Below are positions 1 to 13,900 of a DNA stretch of 64,000 nucleotides, piece by piece (position 1 is the stretch's first letter; the number at the start of each line of letters is the position of its first letter). The stretch is from assembly GCA_011109175.1 (NCBI GenBank), contig RDEW01000058.1, forward strand, positions 192,033 through 256,032. Reading direction: 5' to 3'. Source of the DNA: Dicyema japonicum. Taxonomy: Eukaryota > Animalia > Dicyemida. The notes under the pieces are model-generated. The model did no database searches. It was not told the origin of the DNA and saw nothing but the letters and a program-made list of their open reading frames with translations. A program made the position numbers and the translations under genes.

Positions 1-1047
1 CTACAGGCTCCACTCCTGGTGGTGCCCTTTCGTCAATTCCTTTAAGTTTCAGCTTTGCAACCATACTTCCCCAGAGCCCAAAGACTTTGGTTTCCCGGAA
101 GCAACCCGCTAATGTACAAATACTTATCAGCGGAGTGCTAGTTAGCATCGTTTATAGTTGGAACTACGACGAGATCTAATCGACTTGGATACTCCAACTG
201 TCGTTCTTGATTAATGAAAACATCCTTGGGAAATGCTTTCACTGTAGATCGTCCTGCACCGATCTACGAATTTCACCTCTAGCGGTGCAATACGGATGCC
301 CCGTCTGTCTCTGTTAATCATTACTTTGCTACTGTAACCAATAGAAAAGTCTTATTCTATTATTCCATGCTGAGATATTCAAGCAGAATGCTTGCCCTAA
401 GCACTCTATTTTGTTCAAGGTATTACACACAACTTGCATGTATTACACACAAGCAAACCGAGATCCAACTACGAGCTTTTCAACTGCAGCAACTTTAGTA
501 TACACTATTGGAACTGGAATTGCCGCGGCTGCTGGCACCTTGCCCTTCGATTGCCTTCATTAAAGCTTTTACGATTATTTCATTACAATCTCTGGACAAA
601 TGCCCAGATACGTTATCTATCATCACCATCACTTTATGCCAAAAGTGGATAATTTTCGCACTTGCTGCAATCCATAGATCTGGCAGCCATTTCTCATGCT
701 CCTCTCCGGAATCGAACCCTGATTCCCCGTTACCCGTTGTAACCACGGTAAGCCACTACCTCACTGTCAACAATTGATGGGGCGGACATCTAATTGATAT
801 GTCACCGGATATCCGGTGATCAGCAAAATTATCTAGAGTCAACTAATTCTAATAATTTCGTTTTAATAAGCTTTACGCATGTATTAGCTCTAGATTTACA
901 ACAGTTATTTACCGTCGTTTGACATTATCAAGTAAGTTATGTCCGATTTAATGAGCCGTTCGCGGTTTCGCTCATTAGAGAGCATGAACTTACACTTGCA
1001 TGGCTTAATCTGTAAGATAAGCATATGATCATTCGCAGGATCAGCCT
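1..1047 (-). rRNA. 18S rRNA 5' half, degenerate (probable pseudogene), cut by the window edge
   Basis: The reverse complement shows SSU landmarks: GATCCTGC...CATATGCTT...GATTAAGCCATGCA at the 5' end, GTGCCAGCAGCCGCGG, and GCTGAAACTTAAAGGAATTGACG. Near-invariant sites carry lesions, e.g. GGCACC[AGAC]TTGCCC is deleted at ~540. There is a short duplication GTATTACACACAA at 420-452. Confidence 0.93.
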
Positions 1048-2229
1048 GCTATCTTTTCACAGAAATTACCCACACTTACATGGGAAATACTAGGGAAAAT
1101 GACGCCCGAATGACTCTCGCAATTGCGAAAGAGATGGGATATATGAGCTTCCAAAATTTTGCTGAGTACAGCACACGTGGAAACTTTTTTTAAAGTTACT
1201 CACCTTATATGAGGAGAAAGAGAACTTTAATACTAGACTATTTGTAGAAACCTACAACCAGGTCTGGAAAATCATGGAAGAGCATGATGTTGTTCAACAC
1301 GGGGCTGAACCATTAGCAGAAGAATCAACGAGGACTTACATCAAATCGGTTGTACTGAAGAGAACGCTCGAAAGTATGCTCATTGAACATAAGCATGGGA
1401 TGAAGGTATACGATGAAGAGTACGCCTCTACTACCTCCCAACTTTTAGAACTGGCATGCCATAAGGACAGCCCACTGTACACTAACGGAGATATTTTGAC
1501 TGAATCTGATGTAGAGATGGGGAGTAACAGGGAGGTTATGGCACACTCTTTATCTAAGAGAAGAAGAGGGATTACCAACAATCTGGATCAAAATATGCTT
1601 AATTAGTTAATTTACTCGATATTATTATTATTAAATAATTTTTAATTTTTTGTTAATTTGGGCTTCTAAATTTCTCTGAATCTGATTCCCTATAATTATC
1701 AGAGACACATGGCTATTCTCGCTATATATTTCGACGAGGACTCTATTAATTTGAAGACATATATGCGATTTGCTAAAAATGATCTTTTCTAAATTTTAAA
1801 TCTTGAAAAAACTGACTTTAATATTGAAGAGATAAATGTTAATTATCATAATATATAAAAGCAATCATAGCCTGCAAGCGATCCCAATGTGCTGGAAGAA
1901 CGAACGTGTCATTCTAGGATCTCTTTTTAGTCCTGCAAGTCAGTCGATAAACTTTGCCGTTATGGAGCAAGCATATTGAAGAATACATTTGTTTATATTG
2001 GAAGCAGATAACTGACCCCGTTGAACCGTATTAGATCGCCTATCGAAAGGAAGAAAGATATTAGAGAGAAGAATTGGCGTTTTGAGTGCATTTCCTTAAC
2101 ATAGTTAATTAATCAACTACTCAAAAATCCGAAAAAATAATTTTAATATATTTTAAAATTAAATATTAATTTATTAATTTTTAAAATTATTATATTTTTT
2201 GTCTTTAAAAATATTCATTTTGTAGTGAA

Positions 2230-5099
<2,870 letters not shown>

Positions 5100-5100
<1 letters not shown>

Positions 5101-6810
5101 CTATAAGAGAGGTCACATTATGAATGCGCATTTACAACTAAAAAGATTACGAACCCCCTTTACGAAAATGATGGGCAAAATCAACGACAGGATGGTGTAG
5201 AATTCCTAAGCCAACAGAACATCCGAAATCGTTGGAGAGAATATACGGAACGGCTATATTCAGAAACTGTGTGCCCACCCATATATGTTGATGAAGCAAC
5301 GTTGGGTGAGGAGCATAAAATTCTTGAGGAGGAATGCGTGTGGTCTGCACGGCATTTAACGAGGAACAAAGCACCGGGGATTGACAACATCTCAAGCGAA
5401 TTGTTGAAGGCTATACCGGTGACAGCTATCATTAGTCTATGTCAAAAAAATTTGGAATACTGGTATTTGGCCACGCGAGTGGAAAAAATCTATAATTATT
5501 CAAATACCAAAAAAAGGGGATAGCAAGGACTGTTCAAACTATCGTACAATAGCCTTAATTCCCCACGTCAGCAAAATACTTCTAAAGATAATACAACATC
5601 GTCTAATGCCAAATGCCGAATTGATTCTACCGGATGTCCAAGCAGGATTCAGAAAGGGACAAGGCACACGTGACCATATAGCAAATGTCCGGTGAATTAT
5701 GGAGAAAGTCCATGAATTCCAAAAGAGTGTATACATGTGCTTCATTGACTATCGGAAAGCTTTAGATTCCGTTATACATGACAAGCTGTGGTCCGCTTTA
5801 AAAGAAATTGGATTCGATACCCATCTGATATTGCTTATCAAATCTCTTTATAAAGATCAAGAAGCTACTCTTAGAACAGTGTATTGAGATAACTATTGGT
5901 TCAAAATTGGTAAAGGAGTAAAACAAGGATGCTTATTATCTCCTATCCTATTCAATATTTATGGCGAAATGATCATGACTAAATTGGATACTGTATCAAA
6001 AAAGGGATTAAAATTGGATGAAGCAACATCAATAATTTGCGCTATGCTGACGATGCAACCTTACTGGCTGAAACAGAGGATGGCCTCAGGGAGTTGATTC
6101 TAAGATTCAGAGAATAGAGCGTCGTCTTTGGTTTATTGCTAAATATCAAGAAGACCAAAATTATGACTACTGCTAATAATGGAACTAAAAAATTGGGAAT
6201 AAGAAACAAGAGATTTGAGATAATGTTGTTTTTCTGGGATGTCTAATTAATCGGAATAATGACGGAGGTTTGGAAATCAAGAGGCGAATTGCCATGGGAC
6301 GAGACACCTTCCAGAGAATGAATAGAATTTGGAAAAGCAAAGATATTTGCTTAAGGACCGAATGCAGACTGGTTAATGTAATCGTGTTACCGGTTTTCCT
6401 ATTCCGCGCAGAATCATGGATACTGAAAAAGGTGGATAGACGAAAAATTGATGCTTTTGAGCTGTAGTACTGGAGGAGGTTACTAAGAATCCATTGGACT
6501 TTTAAATTAACAAACATTGATGTACTCAAACGGGTGGAAACGGACATTTCGCTAGAAGGAAGAATCGTAAAACACAGAATGGCGTTTTTTGGGCATGTTG
6601 TCCGCTCTGATTCCCTTGAAAGAACCATTATGCTGAGCAATATCACTCGGAAGAGAAGACCTGGCCGACCAAAGACTTGGTAGCTATCACGGTGGAGGAG
6701 GTTACGGGAATTCTTATATCAAGGCTACTCCAAATTGCAACGGATCGGGGAGAGTTGAGGAAACTCGTTCATGCGATCTCCAAGGACACGACTTAATAAA
6801 CAACACAACA
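5100..6810 (+). mobile_element. RTE-clade non-LTR retrotransposon, 5'-truncated and degenerate (RT domain to 3' end)
   Basis: NKAPGIDNISSELLK, NYRTIALIPHVSKILL, QAGFRKGQGTRDHI, FIDYRKALDSV, GVKQGCLLSPILFNIY, LRYADD, EIKRRIAMGR, FFGHVVR. Several stops and frameshifts. Confidence 0.9.
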
Positions 6811-6839
6811 TATAATCATTATTTCAGAGTTGCCACCAT

Positions 6840-7140
6840 CTATGTGGACCATAGTCTCAAGGTCGTCGCAGTTTTTAAATTTCTTTTAATTTTAAAGAGG
6901 TTTTTTTTTTGTAAAACTGTTGGCATTGTTGTATTTGGTCTTCGACGATAGCAGCCTTCTTGACTAACATAGTATATTTCCATAGATTTGTTAGGTGGGG
7001 ATGTTAATTCAATCCTCAGCACGTGTCCGAAAAGCTTCCTTCTGGATTCCAGTAATTCTAAACTGATAGGCATAGTGCTACATCTCTTAAATAAAGCATT
7101 TCAAGATTTCTCGTGGGCCAAGTAGTTCCTGTTTTTTTAC
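6840..7140 (-). mobile_element. 3' fragment of an RTE-like LINE related to the element at 48265-50636
   Basis: RRKLFGHVLR...NKSMEIYY...RRRPNTTMPTVL matches the C-terminus of the longer copy. Confidence 0.65.
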
Positions 7141-7747
7141 AGCTGAACTTTGTGGAACAAGTCTAGTTTTATGATCCTCGGTGTCATAAACTGGATTCCA
7201 GCCAAATTTGTTGGAGAGTATTTTTTAACATGTGAACGCCGCAGCAATGTTTCGACCATTAGCGAATGGGAGTATCGTTATCCCTTCGGGGTGTTGCCAT
7301 CGCAAAGAAAGAAACATTTTTTAAAGTCAAGTTGTTATTTCATTTCGGGGACCAGCCATAAATCAGCTTAAAGACTGATACCCATCGATTCAGCGTCCAC
7401 AGAAGCATTTTCATTAACACAAAATTAAGGTCAAAACGGAGCAAGGTAGAGATTCTCACTGCCTCGTCGTCAGAACGTTTCCAATTTTACCACATTGATA
7501 AACATTCAACCAAGCATTTGTTGATTAATTTATAGTCGTCTAGAAGAAGATCTCCAGTATCATATTAATCTCAAGGAACTCTTTATTTTTCAAAAACATA
7601 TCTTAATGTGATTTCAGATTTATTCGGTCAATTAGATCATTCAGAAAATCTACTTCTAATCGTCCACAGATCCAGAAATAAGAGAAGTGGTAAAGTCAGA
7701 ATAAACCTAAACCTTGCATCCACATTTGGTTGCGAATAATATTAAGA

Positions 7748-9753
7748 ATACTAATAGCATCTATAGTCATCAAATGTATATTTAAAATTACTTTAACGGT
7801 TGACCTAATTTTACGGTCAAGAGAAATATGACCTATTTTTACTTTCAAGTAAAAAGATCATCCGAGGTTGAAAATCTTTTAGTCCTGATAGATCAATATG
7901 TAGCCAAAATCGCACAAAAAAATATTTTGTCATTAATTGATTACCTTATTCGATTTTTTAATATTTCATATAAAATCAATTCGAGAGAGCGAATGTTGGT
8001 CATTCGTTACTTGGAACAATATCATCTATTTAATTCTAAAAAGGCAAAAGATTCTCTTATCATACTCAGGCTAACTACTTCATACTGCTTTGTGTTAATT
8101 TCACGTCTAATCCTCCAAAATTAGACCAATTAAATTACCTTGCAGTACTCTTGTCTGAAAAAAATAATTTCATTTACCCTGCAGTACTCTTGTCTAATAA
8201 AGAATTAGCTATCATCATTCTTCTAAAAAAACCAGGTCATCCGCATATCTTAGTTCCTAGATAAAAGTAGGACAATTTTTAGATCCCAGATTACGAAGAG
8301 CAGCTTCCAGATAGACAACAAGAGGATTGGTTATTGTGAGTCAACTTCTGAAGTGTCAATGTGTGTAGCCTATCTTCAGATTCACTTAAAATTTTATTTT
8401 CGCGCAAATTGACCTGTAATTAAACATTATTCAAAATGTATTAAACTTTTTGACACAATTTTAAGTATTTTGATAAAGTTACTAAACATTAAGGCAAAGT
8501 TATTAGACATTTTAGACAATTTTATTAAATTTTATGGTAAAATTATTAAACAAATCGGAAAACCATGTAAATTGTGTGAATTTAATTAAATTATTTTTTA
8601 ATTTTATTTTTTTAATCCAACACTTTATTTAATAAAATTATAATTAATTATGACGACTGTATTTCATGTAGTAATTTTTATTTCTTGTGGTTATCGTATA
8701 TTCATTATTTCGGTATTTAATCATATAGATGTTCACTTTTCTCGTGTTAAACTTGTCATTCGATATTTTGACATCACAGAATTTATGCAAAAACGAATTA
8801 ATAATAAATAGAGCTCTGTATTAAATATAAATTATTAAGATATTGGATTAATTGTACATATTCGATAACTGGCCTACCTGAATTTTATGTAGCTGCATTA
8901 ATTGTTCAAAATATTGAATTTGAACCTGATGTCATCTTTTCATTATTGGGAATGAAGTTAGATGCTTTGTAATTATTATTATATATTCATAGTCGATGTG
9001 TTATTATGATGAAAGTTTAAAAACTGTAGACAACCAAACATTCCCACCTACCATTAAGGACATGTTACTTATTTTTTTAAATTTATAGAAATTTTAATAA
9101 CTGTATTTCTCTCAAATTCATATCGATCGAATTTGCGGAAAATTTATCAATGCTTTTAGAAATGTAGTTTTTTTGTTATTAATGTAGATCTTTCCTCGAG
9201 GAATAAGTGTAATTCAAATTTTTAAAATTACTTCTAAATTTATTATTTTTAATGAGTATTTTTAATAATAATATAGTGTTATCGTTTGCATCAATTCATT
9301 CGATAATCCAGAGGCGTATGATATTATATTTAGTATAGATATGAAGCAATAACTAATAGAGGATTATATCTCAAAGATAATAAAATGTATATGTTAGAAA
9401 ATAATATATTTAGAGGAAACAGCAGGCCGACAAGTGAATATTTCAGTCTAATAATCTGCAGTGCCATTAAAAACAAGTATAATGTACTTGGAATTTGAGG
9501 AGTTCAATTAAACATTTAACTAACTTAATGGTTCATTTTTCTGGGATATAAAATTCGTGTTAATTAATTCAAATTTATTATGATTTAATTATTATCCTGG
9601 TTGGACAACTGAATTACACAGCTGTACTATTGTCTCTAAAGAATAATTTTACTTAAAAAACGATTACAGAAGTAATCGACTTTGATAGGTGATAAAGAAC
9701 GGACGGTTTTTCTCAGATTTATGCAGAACGGCGTATGCATTATTCTAATTAAT
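7748..9753 (+). repeat. ~2 kb segmental duplication, copy 1 (direct repeat of 34561-36553)
   Basis: Both copies start ATACTAATAGCAT.TATAGTCATCAAAT and stay colinear to GCATTAT..CAATTAAT/GCATTATTCTAATTAAT. By eye they are roughly 90% identical over the first ~900 bp, then patchy. Confidence 0.93.
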
Positions 9754-9885
9754 CATGTAAGGACATAAACTACTAGCTTTACTCACACACGATTACTCTC
9801 AATGAAGAGGAATATGTTCAAACAGTTGTGAACGATGGTGGGAGAATTGACTATATAAGGAGCATCGTCATTTTACTACGAATAC
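8650..9885 (+). pseudogene. LRR-type multi-exon gene with a probable jacalin-like segment before the gap (frameshifted)
   Basis: Exons of ~69-75 nt are bounded by phase-2 micro-introns (8969-8992, 9064-9088, 9164-9187, 9256-9276, 9316-9338, 9387-9413). Exon 9089-9163 encodes I|NFNNCISLKFISIEFAENLSMLLEI, an LRR pattern. 9787-9885 reads TITLNEEEYVQTVVNDGGRIDYIRSI...FTTN (last part after a frameshift). Confidence 0.55.
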
Positions 9886-10276
9886 NNNNNNNNNNNNNNN
9901 NNNNNNNNNNNNNNNNNNNNNNNNNNNNNNNNNNNNNNNNNNNNNNNNNNNNNNNNNNNNNNNNNNNNNNNNNNNNNNNNNNNNNNNNNNNNNNNNNNNN
10001 NNNNNNNNNNNNNNNNNNNNNNNNNNNNNNNNNNNNNNNNNNNNNNNNNNNNNNNNNNNNNNNNNNNNNNNNNNNNNNNNNNNNNNNNNNNNNNNNNNNN
10101 NNNNNNNNNNNNNNNNNNNNNNNNNNNNNNNNNNNNNNNNNNNNNNNNNNNNNNNNNNNNNNNNNNNNNNNNNNNNNNNNNNNNNNNNNNNNNNNNNNNN
10201 NNNNNNNNNNNNNNNNNNNNNNNNNNNNNNNNNNNNNNNNNNNNNNNNNNNNNNNNNNNNNNNNNNNNNNNNNNNN
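9886..10276. other. Assembly gap (391 N)
   Basis: Run of N. Confidence 1.
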
Positions 10277-10399
10277 TAAGTGCCAGTAACAGGAATAATG
10301 TTTGTAGGTAACTTTACTGTGCTCATATAAATTACCAATTTCATGATATTATATATCACAGAAAGCATATGCGAGTCGACGTAGCGAAATGTTGAGTAA

Positions 10400-10995
10400 A
10401 TTAGATCTGCGTTATTACTGGTAGCTCGTAACACTGCGAATGTGGGGACGGATATGAAGAATATACTGTTGGTGACAAAACACTGTGTACTGGTTGGTTA
10501 ATCATGAAAATCAAGCACAAAATCTTCCGTATAAGTTTAAGCTTTGTGATCTCGTTAATGGACTCTGTGTTAACTATGAGTTCTTGTACGGTTGTACTGT
10601 AAATCCGGCTTTTACGGAAACGGGTATCATTGTTACGGTTTGTGTTGGGAATTAAGATCAACGAGCGTCTTGATAATACATTAAAATCGTGCAATTAAAA
10701 TCATCACATTTGCGTCAATAAAATGGGCGGCAATGAATGTGTATGTAAGCACGGATTTAAGCGAAGTTTCAATGGCTAATGTGAAGGCGATCTTATTCAT
10801 TTAAACTTCAGATTTTAACGAATGCATTTGCTACCACAATTGCTTAGAAATTTGCGTTAACACGATAGGGAGTTATCATGCACGTGCCCTGGTGGGATAC
10901 ATTTCATTAACGTGCTAGGTATATTCAAATATTTAGTTTAGTCACTAATGAGTGCAAGGGCCATCTTTAATGCGATCACTTGTGCGCGAAAATAA
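10400..10995 (+). pseudogene. Tandem calcium-binding EGF-like repeats, degenerate
   Basis: CECGDGYEE...LCT; CDLVNGLCVNYEFLYGC-CKSGFYGNGYHC; ICVNKMGGNECVCKHGF; DFNECICYHNCLEICVNTIGSY-CTCPGG; TNECKG. Phase-1 micro-introns lie between repeats. Stops and frameshifts are present. Confidence 0.8.
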
Positions 10996-13900
10996 ATGGT
11001 CATGTCTCTCATCTTACACCAACCTATCACACTTTTCTATATAAAAAATATTAATCATATGTGGGGATTTCAAAGCAAGACACCCACCTTGGCTAACCTC
11101 AGTTCTCTGACAACTAAGGTGACCCAATTGCAAGTAATTACTGTCACCTTTTTTCTGAATGACTCAAAAAACCACAAGAACTCCACTAAGAAGTAACGAG
11201 ATCTTCACATTTTTAGATCTGTGTCTCCTTTATTAGCTGGACTTATTACATGTAAATTGAATTATGATTTCTATTCTTACTATTCTTAATGTAAGGAAAT
11301 TTCGACGTCCACAGATGGCTTTTGGAAGCCATAAAATTTAAGAGCTACAGAAAAGTAGACTGGTCAGAATTCAATAATCTCATTGACAAGGAACTGATGT
11401 TGGATTATCGTCGCCTTTGTGGATAAGACCATGAAAATTATCACTGCAGTAATTCAAAAAACTGACAAGATTTTCATTTCTATTTTCTCACTCGGTCTCA
11501 TGAGACGTAGAAAACTCTTGAAAAGACGCCTTTGAATAACATTAGGAAGTTAAATAAAAGATCCGGAAATGGAGGCATCTGGTCAGTAGCTCCAATAAAT
11601 AAAGCTCCTTACAATATTTCTTGAAAAGACTAAAACAGTTTGAGGGTGCAAATGGAATAATACAACTTTCCTCATAGCACTGCATCATATGCATTTAATC
11701 TACTCATGAAAAACTACGTGGCGGTCAGTTTCAAGGCTTATACGAGATACCAGAACGTCATGGTGGATCCTCATAAACCAAGTAGACGACTGTAGTATAA
11801 ATTATTTTCAGATAACAGATTGAAGACCTCATATTTCCGCGGTCTAGAAAAAGTATCATCAACTCATTTGAAATATTTGAGTTACTAACAATCTCATACC
11901 TCACATAGATCTTCACTTCGATTCCAATATGGTCTTTGTACGAAAGATCGAAATTAAGAACAGGGAGGATGTCTTAGATTTTGAAGATGAAGCGAACATT
12001 AAGTAATTTTTCGATGCCAGGGCACACAAAACGTTCCGGGTGGAACCGAAACGAATGGACCCTGTCTTACAAGTCTTCTAAGTCCTTTTAGACTTCGTAG
12101 ATGATGATGACACACGGGACACGATTTACCTCAACAAGGTTAGAGTGAGTTACTTTAAGTTTGTGTAGCTCGGGAGCAAAATGTAGCTATGTGTCAAAGA
12201 TTCGGTCATACAAACTCTCACTGACTTATAAAAAACAGTGCCTTTCTTGCGGAGCCCACATTCACGCAAGGCCTTCAATCTAAAAAGAGGTCTGTCAAAT
12301 GAAATGTAGATAGCTATGTCAAGTGCCCCATCTATCAAAGGCCTCGGATAGGGTAATACATGGGAGGCAGCATTTTCCCTTCATTAGAGTAGATAGTGAT
12401 GAGGTACTATCAACCATATGGTACAAAGCATGATATTGTTGGTTTTCGAATAACCAACAATGGGTGGGAAGACACTGCTTGAGATGTTCAAAAAACTCGG
12501 ATTGTCAGTGGCCAACTCCGACGAACCCAACCACTAGGATACTCAGGTCGAAAAAAACAGACCTGATTTAAGTAAAATAATACTGAAAAAAGATCAGTTT
12601 GGTGGCCAACTCCTCGATTAAGAAGAATGCGAACACCAAACTGTTTATATACGCAGACGATATTCTGATTACGGATACGTCGGGGAAGTCAACATTGTCA
12701 GAAAGAAGAATCAAGTTCCTGGGCGACCACAGAAACGGGGGGCTTCCAACATGAAGTAATCCTCCATGGCTACATTCGCGGGGGCATCTAGGTCCAGCTG
12801 AACAGATTATAAGGAAGACTAACTTGAGACTAATTCACTGAATGATCTTTCATCTGAGTCTTCCTTTTTATCCAAAATCCCCGATTTGCACTTCAAGTAA
12901 ATGTACGGAGTACCTTTATGACGATTTAGAAGAATAAGCGAGCATGATCTGGTACGACTTTACCTCCAGCAAGTTTACTACACTCGAATTTAAGATTTGC
13001 CAAGATTTTTTCTATGTTACACATTTTTTAACTTGGCAAGCTGGACTGCAGTATCTAAGGGTTTTCACGGTGGCAATTCCTAGGTTATGTTGTACAACAT
13101 CCACGGAATTGAACTGAATCTGACCAAGAATTCAAATCTTTAGGAGAAGTCTTATCGAATTAGATTTACCCCAGCATGGTATAATTGCCCAACTTGGTGG
13201 CTGTAATCCCTTAAATTGGAATAATCAGGGAGTTCATTGAATTTTAATTTGCATTTGACCTAATTTATTGCAATAAATCGACCTTAGTCATACCACATAG
13301 CGCTCACATCAAAGATCACACAAAATTATCATTTTAAGCAAAATTATAGGTCACCTTGATCTCATGACTCGGGTACTCATAAGTTTGATTTTGGGGTAAA
13401 AAACTTAGGGGTTCAAGGAACTGATGATTTTTCCACCTCTTCTTCATTCTGACAAGAGCAATAAGTATTATTTGCTTCTTGATTTCTTGTGGTTATCTGC
13501 TCGTGGGAAACTCTCTTCTCCATTAACAAACAACTATAGTTTGTCTGGTGGAGGATACGGGAGAGGACCAGATATCATTGACTAAACAAGTCAGTTATAT
13601 ATCGTGTGGTCTCTTGAATTTTAGGATTCGAATAGTCAACAATAAAGGTAACGAAATGCCTGTGAAAATGGGGGATATATTTGTCTTAGTAACTCTTATT
13701 TTCTTTGTGAACAATTTCATTCGCTTAAATGATCTACGTCTAAGATCACTTCCAAATGTAGCCACTGACTATGTAACCGGAATTTTAACATATCCAGCCA
13801 TATTTCTACAAATTGATTAAATTTGAGGTTTTTTTCGACTGACGTCTTCTTATAAGGTGTGTTATTGTAGAGTTCTGGTCGAAAAGAGATATTCACGATC

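Noticed and set aside
434-777. Three overlapping ORFs
   Set aside because: They lie within the 18S rRNA sequence and are spurious.
9828-10434. Long ORFs of 153 and 188 aa
   Set aside because: Artefacts of reading through the N gap.
11000-11950. Possible further LINE remnant (similar hints at 30960-34430)
   Set aside because: Only faint motifs such as KVDWSEF; too degraded to delimit or classify reliably.
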